From contig OZ024744.1 of NCBI GenBank assembly GCA_964016885.1, positions 61,938,001 to 62,002,000 on the forward strand: a stretch of DNA of 64,000 nt, given 5' to 3'. The translations under genes and the position numbers were made by a program. The notes below the pieces were generated by a model. It searched no databases and was not told where the DNA came from. It saw only the letters and a program-made list of their open reading frames with translations. This DNA is from Eledone cirrhosa. Taxonomy: Eukaryota. Below, in pieces: positions 25,245 to 40,516 of the stretch (positions are counted from its first letter, which is position 1; every line of letters begins with the position of its first letter).

Positions 25245-26356
25245 TCTATAAAGCTCAGTGTGTGATCATGCTCCTTTCTTATAGAAATCTACGATATAGA
25301 ATTTCTTCAATTGAAATTTACAATTCAGTATTCGAAATAGTTTCGATTGTGTCTTGGCACATCTCAGTTTTTCAATTTCACCCACAATTACGCAAAAAAT
25401 AGATAAAACTCAATATTTTACGATTTTTCTCTGTCATTTAAACTGCTAAACTCTTTCCACTACCATTCAAAATCTATACAACTTCATACTTTCTGCTACT
25501 TTCTCTTTCCAAGCTTGATGGTGATACTGTCCGTTTTACTCTCTCCACACTCACTTCAACAACAACAACAACAACAATCTGCCTTTTATAGATAATGATA
25601 AACAATAATATCCTCTATGAGGTCACTAAACCTGCTAAAAACAGCAGCTAACTCTCCCCCATATCACATCCATCCCTACTGTCTTAAATTAAGAAAACAT
25701 ATCTTCTATGAGGTCACTAAACTTGCTAGAAACAGCAGCTAACTCTCCCCCCTATCACACCACTCCCTACTGTCTTAAATTTAGAAAACACATATCCTCT
25801 ATGAGGATTACTAAACCTGCTAGAAACAGCAGCTAACTCTCCCCCATATCACATCCATCCCTACTGTCTTAAATTAAGAAAACATATTTTCTATGAGGTC
25901 ACTAAACCTGCTAGAAACAGCAGCTAACTCTCCCCCATATCACACCACTCCCTACTGTCTTAAATTTAGAAAACACATATCCTCTATGAGGTCACTAAAC
26001 CTGCTAGAAACAACAGCTAACTCTCCCTCATATCACAACCCTCCCTACTGTCTTAAATTTAGAAAACACACAGACAACCATGCAGAACAACTCCATTGCA
26101 GCTCTGTTGTTCGGCTGGCATCGTCTATGCGTGTGTTGCGCAAGTACTGTGAAACAATAAATTTCAACACTTTTTTGCACAGAGATAATATCCATAGGCG
26201 AAACTACGATTGTCACTGCTGGCGCAGATCCTGCTTCCAGGTCTGCAATTCATTCACCCAGTGCCTGGCAGACAAAAAAGTGCTGCCATAAAATGGGTGG
26301 TGCAACCTAACTTTGGTAACTTAATGACCCCGAGCAAGGCCGGGCTTTAATGCTAG
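25245..26356 (+). mobile_element. Candidate non-autonomous Helitron (3' end strong, 5' end tentative)
   Basis: 3' hairpin cccgagcaaggccggg, 8 nt spacer, CTAG followed by T. Candidate 5' end A|TCTATAAAGC at 25245. Confidence 0.55.
25608..26070. repeat. ~92-bp tandem repeat, 5 copies with alternating A/B variants
   Basis: ctatgaggtcactaaacctgctagaaacagcagctaactctccc...ctactgtcttaaatt recurs at ~25612, 25703, 25797, 25889 and 25981. Confidence 0.92.
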
Positions 26357-27816
<1,460 letters not shown>

Positions 27817-28180
27817 TGGTAAACGGAATAGAAAATGCTGACAAATTGTTCACAGTTGAAAAATGGTTTAATTAGGAATAAAAGAGTATTAGTGATTGTA
27901 TGGGTTAGTATTCAGTTGTGGTTTTAAGTTTTTAAGTTTTTACCGGTTGCGCATTTCTAAATGCTTTTCAAAAATAATTTTGAGATAGAGTGTCCGTGCT
28001 GTTTGCTCTGATCTGATTAGTTTTGGGAATTCTACCTGTTTTTATGTTAAAAAAATGGCTCCAGCGTTATTTTTGTGTTGTAAAAATGCTTGTGGTCAAA
28101 ACAATTTTGATTGGTCGGTAGAGGTCATGTGGATAAAAAATTGGTTTTGCGCCAAGATTGAGAAATGACTCTTTCACAAC
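27817..28180 (-). mobile_element. Possible Penelope-like pseudo-LTR remnant with a degenerate hammerhead-like motif
   Basis: Minus strand at ~27935-27978 reads ttgaaaa-gcattt-ag-aaatgc-gcaa-ccggta: hammerhead topology with an altered core. Confidence 0.35.
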
Positions 28181-28182
28181 AG

Positions 28183-28184
<2 letters not shown>

Positions 28185-28258
<74 letters not shown>

Positions 28259-28529
28259 TAGTAGTAGTAAGGTATTCGATGCTGCGACAATAGCCACCAG
28301 CGATGTGTGTCAAATGGCTATTAAGATAAGTGTGTGTGTGTGTGTGTGTGTGTGTGCGTACATACACACAGCAGAGTCATTCGAAGGTCAAAAGATATTT
28401 TTCAGCTTTTGTCTTATACGGAGAAGTGCGTGTGTGTGTGTGTGTGTGTGTATAAGTCTCTTTGTATGTTGATGTACGCGTGTGTATGTGTCTGTGTATA
28501 TATATATATGTATATATGTATGTATATAC

Positions 28530-28564
<35 letters not shown>

Positions 28565-28591
28565 TACATACATACATATACATATATATAC

Positions 28592-28641
<50 letters not shown>

Positions 28642-28643
28642 AC

Positions 28644-28691
<48 letters not shown>

Positions 28692-28693
28692 AC

Positions 28694-28725
<32 letters not shown>

Positions 28726-28746
28726 ACATATATATATAATATATAC

Positions 28747-28778
<32 letters not shown>

Positions 28779-28807
28779 ATATATACATATATATAATATA
28801 CATATAC

Positions 28808-28838
<31 letters not shown>

Positions 28839-28855
28839 CATATATGTATATATGC

Positions 28856-28903
<48 letters not shown>

Positions 28904-28921
28904 GCATATATATATATATGC

Positions 28922-28952
<31 letters not shown>

Positions 28953-29239
28953 CATATATACATATACATATATATATAAACATATACATATATATATATA
29001 CATATACATATATATATATACATATATATATATACATACATATACATATATACATACATATACATACATATACATATACATACATATACATACATATATA
29101 CATATACATATATATACATATACATATATATACATATACATATATATATATATATATACATATATAATACATATACATATATATATATACATATATATAT
29201 ATACATATATATACATATATATATCATATACATATATAT

Positions 29240-29285
<46 letters not shown>

Positions 29286-29475
29286 TATACAATATTATAC
29301 ATATACATATATATACATATACATATATATACATTATATACATATACATATATATATATATATATATATACATATATATACATATATATACATATATATA
29401 TATATATACATATATATACATATATATATACATATATATACATATATATATATACATATATATACATATATATAC

Positions 29476-29510
<35 letters not shown>

Positions 29511-29715
29511 CATAATATATATATATATACATATATATATATACATATATACATATATATACATATATATATATATACATATATATACATATATTTATAT
29601 ATACATATATATTACATATATATATACATATATATACATATATATATACATATATATACATATATATACATACATATATATACATATATATACATATATA
29701 TATATAATACATATA

Positions 29716-29775
<60 letters not shown>

Positions 29776-29876
29776 CATATACATATATATACATATATAT
29801 ATATATACATACATATACATATATATACATATATATATATATACATATATATACATATATATACATATATATATAC

Positions 29877-29910
<34 letters not shown>

Positions 29911-29926
29911 CATATATATATATATA

Positions 29927-29958
<32 letters not shown>

Positions 29959-30015
29959 CATATATATACATATATATATATATATACATATATATACATA
30001 TATACATATATATAC

Positions 30016-30079
<64 letters not shown>

Positions 30080-30179
30080 CATATATATACATATATATAT
30101 ATACATATATATATATATACATATATATATATACATATATATATATATACATATATATATATACATATATATATAATAC

Positions 30180-30226
<47 letters not shown>

Positions 30227-30362
30227 CATATACATATATACATATATATATATATACATATATATATATACATATATATATATATACATATATACATATA
30301 TATATATACATATATTTATATATACATAACTATATATATATATACATATATATATATTATAC

Positions 30363-30413
<51 letters not shown>

Positions 30414-30458
30414 CATATATATATATATACATATATATATATACATATATATATATAC

Positions 30459-30493
<35 letters not shown>

Positions 30494-30520
30494 CATACTA
30501 TATATATATATATATATATT
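28185..30520. repeat. (GT)n tracts followed by a giant (AT)n/(ATAC) array
   Basis: Direct reading. Confidence 0.97.
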
Positions 30521-30525
30521 TAATA

Positions 30526-30797
30526 TGTAAATGTGGTTGGTGTTAGGAAGGGCATCCAGCTGTAGAAAACCCGCCAGACAGTCCACGCTGTAATGTGGCC
30601 GTGTAGGCAACACGGTAAAAACCTCCCAGCCCCCACTGTAAATGTGGTTGGTGCTAGGAAGGGCATCCAACTGTAGAAAACCCGCCAGACAGTCCTATGC
30701 GAGCAAGACAACCACTCTTGCCTCAAGTGGGAAAACCCCCGTCCAAACCCATGCAAGCGTGGAACACGGACGCTAAACCTGATGATGATGATGATGA
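30526..30797 (+). mobile_element. RTE-type LINE 3' UTR copy with internal duplication and (GAT)n tail
   Basis: tgtaaatgtggttggtgttaggaagggcatccagctgtagaaaacccgccagacagtcc occurs twice; ends ggacgctaaacctgatgatgat. Confidence 0.88.
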
Positions 30798-30972
30798 TAT
30801 ATATACATATACATATATACATATATATATATACATAATATATATATACATATACATATATATATATACATACATATATATATATACGTATATATATATA
30901 CATATATATATATACATACATATATATACATATATAATATATACATACATATATATATATATATACATATAT

Positions 30973-32059
30973 ATCATCATCATCATCATCATCAACGTTT
31001 AACGTCCGTGTTCCACGCTTGCATGGGTTTGGACGGGGGTAGTCCCACTTGAGGCAAGAGTGATTGTCTTGCTCGCATAGGACTGTCTGGCAGGTTTTCT
31101 ACAGTTGGATGCCCTTCCTAACACCAACCACATTTACAGTGTGGGTCTGGGAGGTTTTTACCGTGTTGCCTACACGGCCACATTACAGCGTGGACTGTGT
31201 GTTTTTTTGTCGTGACACCTACACGTTCTCATTTGTTTCGGCCTCGATGGCGCGGCACCAACATAACTTTACATAGAACAGGGTGGTGTGGATGGGGTGG
31301 GGGTGGTGGTGGTGGGACGGGGTGTATTTTGTTAGAGATGCCTACTGGCTGGAGTAGGTTTTACTATATATTTAGGTAAGGCGGGTCTTCTCTGTTACTG
31401 AGTACTGCCAAAGGTCTCGGTCCAGTGACATTGTCTTGAGAGGTGTAAGTGTGTGATGTCGGAGTTTATCAGCTCGTCCCCAGGTTTTTCTAGGTCTGCC
31501 TATTCCGTGACTACCGTCTAATCCTTTTATTGCCCCTGCACTTTGTTATACAGCTATCGACTTTCATGCGCATCACGTGTCCATACCAACGTAGCCTTCT
31601 CTCGAGTAAACAACATCTGATCCCCTCTTATCTCTAATTTTTGCCTTAGTTCGTTTATGCTTTGCCGTTCACGTATATTACTGTTACACATCCAGCGGAG
31701 CATGCAAGCTTCGTTCTCTCTAGTCTGCGTATATCCTCTGCACACAATGCCCAGGTCTCACTGCCATGCAGCATTGCTGTTCGTATGCAGGCATCGTACA
31801 ACCTGCCTTTCATTTTTAGTGAGAACCCTTTAGCAGCTAATAGTGGTATAAGCTCTCTGAACTTTTCCAACCAGTTCTGACTCTAGCTACAGTACTTTCA
31901 GAGCACCCTCCCCCACTGCTGATTTTATCGCCCAGGTAACGGAAGCTGTCCACTATTTCTATAGAACCCTCTGCGCAATTGAAAGAGCTGAAGTATTTTG
32001 TGGCACTTGCTGCTACTTATTGCACCAGAGCACCGGCCACATGTAAAATCTATGTTCTT
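30973..32059 (-). mobile_element. 5'-truncated RTE-type LINE (RT C-terminus, 3' UTR, GAT tail)
   Basis: Minus-strand [10 protein letters not shown]...KFRELIPLL...KMKGRLYDACIRTAMLHGSETWA; near-identical to 34475-35525 in inverted orientation. Confidence 0.92.
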
Positions 32060-32150
32060 ATATATATATATATACATATATACATACATATATACATATA
32101 TATATACATACATATATATACATATATATATACATACATATATACATACA

Positions 32151-32190
<40 letters not shown>

Positions 32191-32420
32191 CATTACATAC
32201 ATATATACATACATATATATATACATATATACATATATACATACATATATATATACATATATATATACATACATATATATATACATATATATATACATAC
32301 ATATATATATACATACATACATATATACATACATATATATATACATATATACATATATACATACATATATATATACATATATATATACATACATACATAT
32401 ATATATACATGTATATATAC

Positions 32421-32453
<33 letters not shown>

Positions 32454-32516
32454 TATATACATATACATATATATAAATATACATATATACATATATATAT
32501 ACATATATATATATAC

Positions 32517-32547
<31 letters not shown>

Positions 32548-32732
32548 CAATATATATATATATACATATATATACATATATATATATACATATATATATA
32601 CAATATAGATATACATATATATATACATATATATATACATATATATATACATATATATATACATATATATATACATATATATATACATATATATATACAT
32701 ATATATATACATATATAATACTATATATATAC

Positions 32733-32776
<44 letters not shown>

Positions 32777-32784
32777 ATATATAC

Positions 32785-32837
<53 letters not shown>

Positions 32838-32852
32838 CATATATATATAAAC

Positions 32853-32883
<31 letters not shown>

Positions 32884-32918
32884 CACATATATATATATAT
32901 ACATATATATATATATTC

Positions 32919-32965
<47 letters not shown>

Positions 32966-32976
32966 CATATATATAC

Positions 32977-33007
<31 letters not shown>

Positions 33008-33029
33008 CATATACATATATATAATATAC

Positions 33030-33060
<31 letters not shown>

Positions 33061-33105
33061 CATATATATATATACATATATATATATATACATATATATA
33101 TATAC

Positions 33106-33136
<31 letters not shown>

Positions 33137-33197
33137 CATATATATATATACATATATATAATATATACATATATATATATACATATATATATATTAC

Positions 33198-33228
<31 letters not shown>

Positions 33229-33277
33229 CATATATATATATACACATATATATATATATACATATATATATATACAC

Positions 33278-33335
<58 letters not shown>

Positions 33336-33362
33336 AATATATATACATATATATATATATAC

Positions 33363-33409
<47 letters not shown>

Positions 33410-33702
33410 CATATACATATATATACACATATACATATACATATATATACATATATATATACATATATATACATATATATACACATATATATACATATAC
33501 ATATATATATATACATATACATATACATGTACATATATATATACATATACATCTATATACATATATATATATATATATATATACATATACATACATATAC
33601 ATATATATACATATATACATATATACATATACATACATATATATATACATATATATACATATATATATACATATATATACATATATATATACATATATAT
33701 AC

Positions 33703-33733
<31 letters not shown>

Positions 33734-33738
33734 CATAT
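32060..33738. repeat. (AT)n/(ATAC) array between divergent LINE fragments
   Basis: Direct reading. Confidence 0.97.
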
Positions 33739-35525
33739 AGCATTAAAGTAATCGACCAGGTCATGAAGGTCACGGAAAAGTAATAACGCAACTAATCAGA
33801 GAGAGAATTGATCTAGATGAAATGCAATTCGGGTTTGCGTCAGGCAAAAGTACCACAGACGCTCTTTTCATTGTACGACAACTACAGGAGAAGTACCTAG
33901 CTAAAAGTAAACCCCTATACTTAGCTTTCCGTCGACTTAGAGAAAGCCTTCGACAGAGTCCCCCGTTCCATTATCTGGTGGGCTCTTAGAAAACTAGGTG
34001 TTGATGAATGGCTTGTGAGAGCTATACAAGCCATGTATAAAGAAACAGTCAGCAAGATTAGAATTAACAACGAATATAGTGAAGAGTTTAGCGTAAAAGT
34101 TGGTGTTCATCAGGGCTCTGTTCTTAGCCCCCTACTATTTATTATTGCCCTTCAGGCTATAACAGTGGAGTTCAAGACCCGGCTGCCCATGGGAACTCCT
34201 ATACGCAGATGATCTAACGCTCATAGCTGAATCAATGGCCGAGCTAGAGAAGAAATTCCAAACATGGAAGCACGGCCTAGAATCAAAAGGCCTTAAAATT
34301 AACCTGGCTAAGACTAAAGTTCTAGTTTGTAGGAAAGAAAATAAGGCGCCGGTCCCTTCCGGGAAATGGCCATGCTCAGTGTGTAGGAAAGGCGTAGGTA
34401 GAAACTCCATTTTATGTCCCAAATGCAAAGTATGGATGCATAAAAGATGTAGTGGGATCACAGGTAAGCTAACTAAGAACATAGATTTTACATGTGCCGG
34501 TGCTCTGGTGCAATAAGTACCAGCAAGTGTCCACAAAATACTAGCTCTTTCAATTGCGCAGAGGGTTCTATAGAAATAGTGGACAGCTTCTGTTACCTGG
34601 GTGACAAAATCAGCAGTGGGGGAGGGTGCTCTGAAAGTACAAGTAGCTAGAGTCAGAACCGGATGGAAAAAGTTCAGAGAGCTTATACCACTATTAGCCA
34701 CTAAAGGGTTCTCCCTAAAAATGAAAGGCAGGCTGTATGATGCCTGCATACGAACAGCAATGTTGCATGGCAGTGAGACCTGGGCATTGTGTGCAGAGGA
34801 TATACGCAGACTGGAGAGAAACGAAGCTTGCATGCTCCGGTGGATGTGTAATAGTAATATACGTGAACAGCAAAGCATAAATGAACTAAAGGAGAAATTA
34901 GAAATAAGAGGGATCAGATGTTGTTTACTCGAGAGAAGACTACGTTGGTACAGTCACGTGATGCGCATGAAAGACGACAGCTGTATAAAAAAGTGCAGGG
35001 CGATAAAAATAGACGGTAGCCACAGAGTAGGCAGACCCAGAAAAACTTGGTACGACTTGATAAATTCTGACTCACACACTTACACCGCTCCAAGACAATG
35101 TCATTGGACCGAGAACTTTGGCGCGACACAGTTATACAGAAGACCCGGCTTGCCTAAGTACAAAGCGAAACCTACATTCAGTAGGCACCTCTAACAAAAT
35201 ACACGCCCGTCCCACTACCCCCCACCCCATCCACACCACTACCTTAAATGTGAAGTTATGTTGGTATCACAACATCCAGTCCGAAATAAATGAGGTCGTG
35301 TAGGTGTCACGACAGTCCACGCTGTAATGTGGCCGTGTAGGTAACACGGTAAAACCCTCCCAGTCCACACTGTAACGTGGTTGGTGTTAGGAAGGGCATC
35401 CAGTTGTAGAAAACCCGCCGGACAGTCCTATACGAGCAGGACAACAAATCTTGCCTCAAGTGGGAAAACTCCGTCCAAACCCATGCAAGCGTGGAAGATG
35501 GACATTAAACGATGATGATGATGAT
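33739..35525 (+). mobile_element. 5'-truncated, frameshifted RTE-type LINE (RT with PHD-like insert, 3' UTR, GAT tail)
   Basis: MQFGF, DLEKAFDRV, GVHQGSVLSPLLF, YADD (tacgcagatgat), WPCSVC...WMHKRC, LHGSETW, RRLRWYSHVMRM, GRPRKTW; tail gatgatgatgat. Confidence 0.93.
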
Positions 35526-35848
35526 TTATACATATATCTACATTCATACATATATATATATATATATTTATACATATATCTACATTCATACATACATACC
35601 TATACATTCATACATACATATATATACATTCATACATACATACCTATACATTCATACATACATATATATACATTCATACATACATATATATACATTCATA
35701 CATACATATATATACATTCATACATACATATATATACATTCATACATACATATATATACATTCATACATACATATATATACATTTCATACATACATATAT
35801 ATACATTCATACATACGTATATATTTCATATATACATATATATATACA
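35526..35848. repeat. AT-rich satellite with cattcatac units
   Basis: Direct reading; unit approximately atacattcatacatacatatat. Confidence 0.9.
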
Positions 35849-36529
35849 TGAACGGCAAAGCATAAACGAACTAAGGAAAAAATTAGAAATAAGAGGGATC
35901 AGATGTTTACTCGAGAGAAGGCTACGTTGGTATGGTCACGTGATGCGCATGAAAGTCGATAGCTGTATAACAAAGTGCAGGGCAATAAAGATAGACGGTA
36001 GCCACGGAGTAGGCAGACCCAGAAAAACCTGGGACGAGCTGATAAATTCCGACCTCACACACTTACACCTCTCCAAGACAATGTCACTGGACCGAGATCT
36101 TTGGCAGTACTCAGTAATAGAGAAGACCCGCCTTACCTAAATACAAAGTAAAACCTACTACAGTCAGTAGGCATCTCTAACAAAATACACCCCTGTCCCA
36201 CCACCCCCACCCCATCCACACCGCCCCTTTCAATGTAAAGTTATGTTGGTGCCACAACATCCAGGCCGAAATAAATGAGATCGTGTAGGTGTCACGACAA
36301 AAAACACACAGTTCACGCTGTAATGTGGCCGTGTAGGCAACACAGTAAAAACCTCCCAGACCCACACTGTCAATGTGGTTGGTGTTAGGAAGGGCATCCA
36401 GCTGTAGAAAACTTGCCAGACAGTCCTATGCGAGCAAGACAACCACTCTTGCCTCAAGTGAGAAAACTCCCGTCCAAACCCATGCAAGCGTGGAACATGG
36501 ACGTTAAACGATGATGATGATGATGATGA
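35849..36529 (+). mobile_element. 5'-truncated RTE-type LINE 3' end
   Basis: [40 protein letters not shown], followed by the 3' UTR and GAT tail. Confidence 0.92.
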
Positions 36530-36670
36530 TATACATTCATACATATATATATACATTCATACATACATATATGTACATTTATATATATATATTCATACAT
36601 ACATATGTATATATATATCTACTTTCATACATACATATATATATATACATACATACATCTACATTCATAC

Positions 36671-37021
36671 ATCATCATCATCATCATCATCATCATTTCA
36701 TTTTACGTCCGCTTTTCCCTGCTTGCAAGGGTGGGACGGGAACAGATTCTGGCTTGATTTCTACAGCTGGATGCCCTTCCTAACACCAACCTCATTTACA
36801 GTGAGTGCTGGGTGCTTTTTTTGCCGTGGCACCTCCACGACCACTTTGCAGTGGAATGATATGGACCCCAGTCCTTATCTCATTTCTACAGCTGAGGAAA
36901 CTGGATCAATGTGAAATAAAGTGTCTTGCTCAAGGAAACAACACATCACCCGGTCTGAGAATTGAACTCACAACCTTTCGATTGCAAGGCCAATGCTCTA
37001 ACCACTAAACCATGTGCCTTC
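36671..37021 (-). mobile_element. tRNA-derived CORE-like SINE with RTE-derived 3' end
   Basis: Minus strand: A box tggtttagtggttagagc, B box gagttcaattc, CORE-like ccttgagcaagacacttt, then the LINE 3' UTR motif ggttggtgttaggaagggcatccagctgtagaaa and a GAT tail. Confidence 0.75.
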
Positions 37022-37208
37022 ATATACATATACATATATATATATATGAGTCCAGAATTAGCCGTCGGGGTCCTACTCGTTCCTATATATATTTATATAT
37101 ATATATATATTTTATATACATACATCTATATTCATACATACATATATATACATCTACATTCATACATATATATATATATATATATACATACATACATACA
37201 TCTACATT

Positions 37209-37249
<41 letters not shown>

Positions 37250-37276
37250 CACATACATACATCTACATTCATACAT

Positions 37277-39298
37277 CTAGATGGATTTTGTCCTCATCAG
37301 AGGACGTGACAGATGGACGGTCGTAAACATGGGAAGCCTTCCCTGGTGAGGAATGTACATCCCGACATAGCTTAGTTGTCAGCGACCTCACAGTCAGAAC
37401 TGGACGAACCTGGAAATAGAGGCCAACCTGGAGAGGAAAGATCTGGAAGCTGAAAGACCCCTCAGCCAGTAACAGATTTAAGGATATTTTGCTCAACGCC
37501 TACGACAGTAAAGAGGAACAGGTAGACATTCAATGTAGAATAGAGCTGGGAGTTCCTAAAAATTAACTTACTAGAGGCGACGGATGGGGTCTGTGGCTGG
37601 AGTGGGACCTCAAGCAGGAGGAGAGTGACTTGGTGGTGGAATAATAAGGTATATGAGGGCAGTTGAGGCCAAGAGACAGTCATGGAAGGAATGGAAGAAT
37701 GGGGGGAGCGGGGTGCATTACATGGACCGGGAGGGAAGCAAGGCGACAAGTGTACTTAGCTAGGAGGGAAGCAGAGTATAGAAAAATTCAAGCATGTTTT
37801 TTACAACGTGAGGACCAGAAACAGGAGGTATTCAAGATTGCGAGGCAGTGTGTCAGAGATAGTTGTGATGTCATTGGAGAGAAGTGTATCCGGAATGATA
37901 AAGGTGAGCTTGCCCTCACAAGTGCTGAGAAGAAGGATGCATGGAAGAGTCATTATGATAGATTACTAAATGAGGAGAATGCATGGGAAGAAGAGACCCT
38001 ACCCCATGTAAACCCTATAGAGGGACCAGCAGTACAAGTCAGCGGCAGCGTAGTAAGTAAGGCAATCAGAGATATGAAGATGGGGAAGGCAACCGGTCCA
38101 TTGGGTATAGCTGCCGAGATGCTGAAGGCATCTGGGTCTATAGGTCACACTATAACCACACGTATCGTTAACCAGGTAATACTAGAAGGGGCCATACCAA
38201 AAGATTGGTGCAGTAGCATCATTGTCAACTGCTACAAAGGTAAAGGCGATGCACTAGATAGAGGAAACTATAGAGGTATAAAGTTGATGGACCAGGTCAT
38301 GAAAGTAACAGAAAGAGTTATAGCACAGCTGATTAGGGACCGGGTGAATATAGACGAGATGCAATTTGGGTTTGTACCAGGGAGAGGCACCACTGATGCC
38401 CTCTTCCTTGTGAGGCAATTACAGGAAAAGTACCTAGCTAAAAGTAAGCCACTCTACTTGGCATTTGTCGACCTTGAGAAAGCCTTTGACAGAGTTCCAC
38501 GTACAGTAATCTGGTGGGCTCTTAGAAAACTGAGTAGATGAATGGCTTGTGAAAGCGGTACAAGCCATGTATAGGGGAGCAGTCAGCAAAGTTAGGATTA
38601 GCAATGAGTATAGCGAGGAATTTAGCGTACAGGTTGGGGTCCACCAGGGCTCTGTTCTTAGCCCTCTCCTGTTCATCATAGTCCTGCAGGCAATAACGGA
38701 GGAGTTTAAGACCGGATGCCCATGGGAACTCCTGTATGCTGATGACCTCGCACTCATAGCTGAATCTATGGTAGAACTAGAGAATAAATTCCAAACCTGG
38801 AAGCAGGGACTAGAGAGAAAGGGCCTCAAAGTCAACATGACAAAGACTAAGGTCCTTGTAAGTAGACGAGAAAACAGAACCCAGATCCCCTCAGGGAAAT
38901 GGCCTTGCTCAGTATGTAGGAAAGGTGTAGGTAGGAACTCCATTCTCTGCCCCAAATGCAAACAATGGGTACACAAGAGATGTAGCGGGATCTCAGGAAG
39001 CTTAATTAAGAATGTAGGATTCACATGCAGCAGCTGTGCTGAAACAGCAAGCAAACAGCCACAGGAAACAAGTACCACCAATCTCTGGGAGGGCCCTGTA
39101 GAAACAGTAGACAGCTTCTGCTACCTAGGTGACCGAATTAGCAACGGAGGTGGGTTAGGAAGGGCATCCAGCTGTAGAAAACCTGCCAGACAGTCCTATG
39201 CGAGCAAGACAACCACTCTTGCCTCAAGTGGGAAAATCCCGTCCAAACCCATGCGAGCGTCGAACATGGACGTTAAACGATGATGATGATGATGATGA
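37277..39298 (+). mobile_element. RTE-type LINE, second subfamily: endonuclease C-terminus, RT and PHD-like insert, with a 3' internal deletion
   Basis: DFVLIR...HSLVVSDL; ORF 37663..38541 GKATGP..KGKGDALDRGNYRGI..MQFGF..DLEKAFDRV; ORF 38549..39283 GVHQGSVLSP..YADD..PHD-like..FCYLG. Jumps from ISNGGG to the 3' UTR at ~39152. Confidence 0.93.
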
Positions 39299-40209
39299 CA
39301 TATCTACATTCATACATATATATATACATATATCTACATACATATATCTTCATTCATACATATATATATATATACATATATCTACATTCATATATCTTCA
39401 TTCATACATATATATATATACATATATCTCCATTCATACATATATATATATATACATATATCTACATTCATACATATATATATATATGTGGCCGTGTAGG
39501 CAACACGGTAAAAACCTCCCAGACCCACACTGTAAATGTGGTTGGTGCTAGGAAGGGCATCCAACTGTAGAAAACCTGCCAGACAGTCCTATGCGAGCAA
39601 GACAATCACTCTTGCCTCAAGTGGGACTACCCCCGTCCAAACCCATGCAAGCGTGGAACATGGACGTTAAACGTTGATGATGATGATGATGATGATGATG
39701 ATACATATATCTACATTCATACATATATATATATATACATATATCTACATTCATACATATATATATATATACATATATCTACATTCATACATATATATAT
39801 ATATACATATATCTACATTCATACATATATATATATACATATATCTACATTCATACATATATATATATACATATATCTACATTCATACATATATATACAT
39901 ATATCTACATTCATACATATATATATATATATATACATATATCTACATTCATACATACATATATATATATACATATATCTACATTCATACATATACATAC
40001 ATATATATACATATATCTACATTCATACATATACATACATATATATACATATATCTACATTCATACATATACATACATATATCTACATTCATACATATAT
40101 ATATATATACATACATATATCTACATTCATACATACATATATATATATACATATATATATACATACATAAATCTATATATATATATACATATATACATAT
40201 ATCTACATT

Positions 40210-40249
<40 letters not shown>

Positions 40250-40432
40250 CATAAATCTATATATATATACATATACATACATATATATATATATACATAT
40301 ACATACATATATATATATATACATATACATACATATATATATATACATATACATACATATATATATATATACATATACATACATATATACATACATATAC
40401 ATATATACATATACATACATATATACATATAC

Positions 40433-40516
<84 letters not shown>

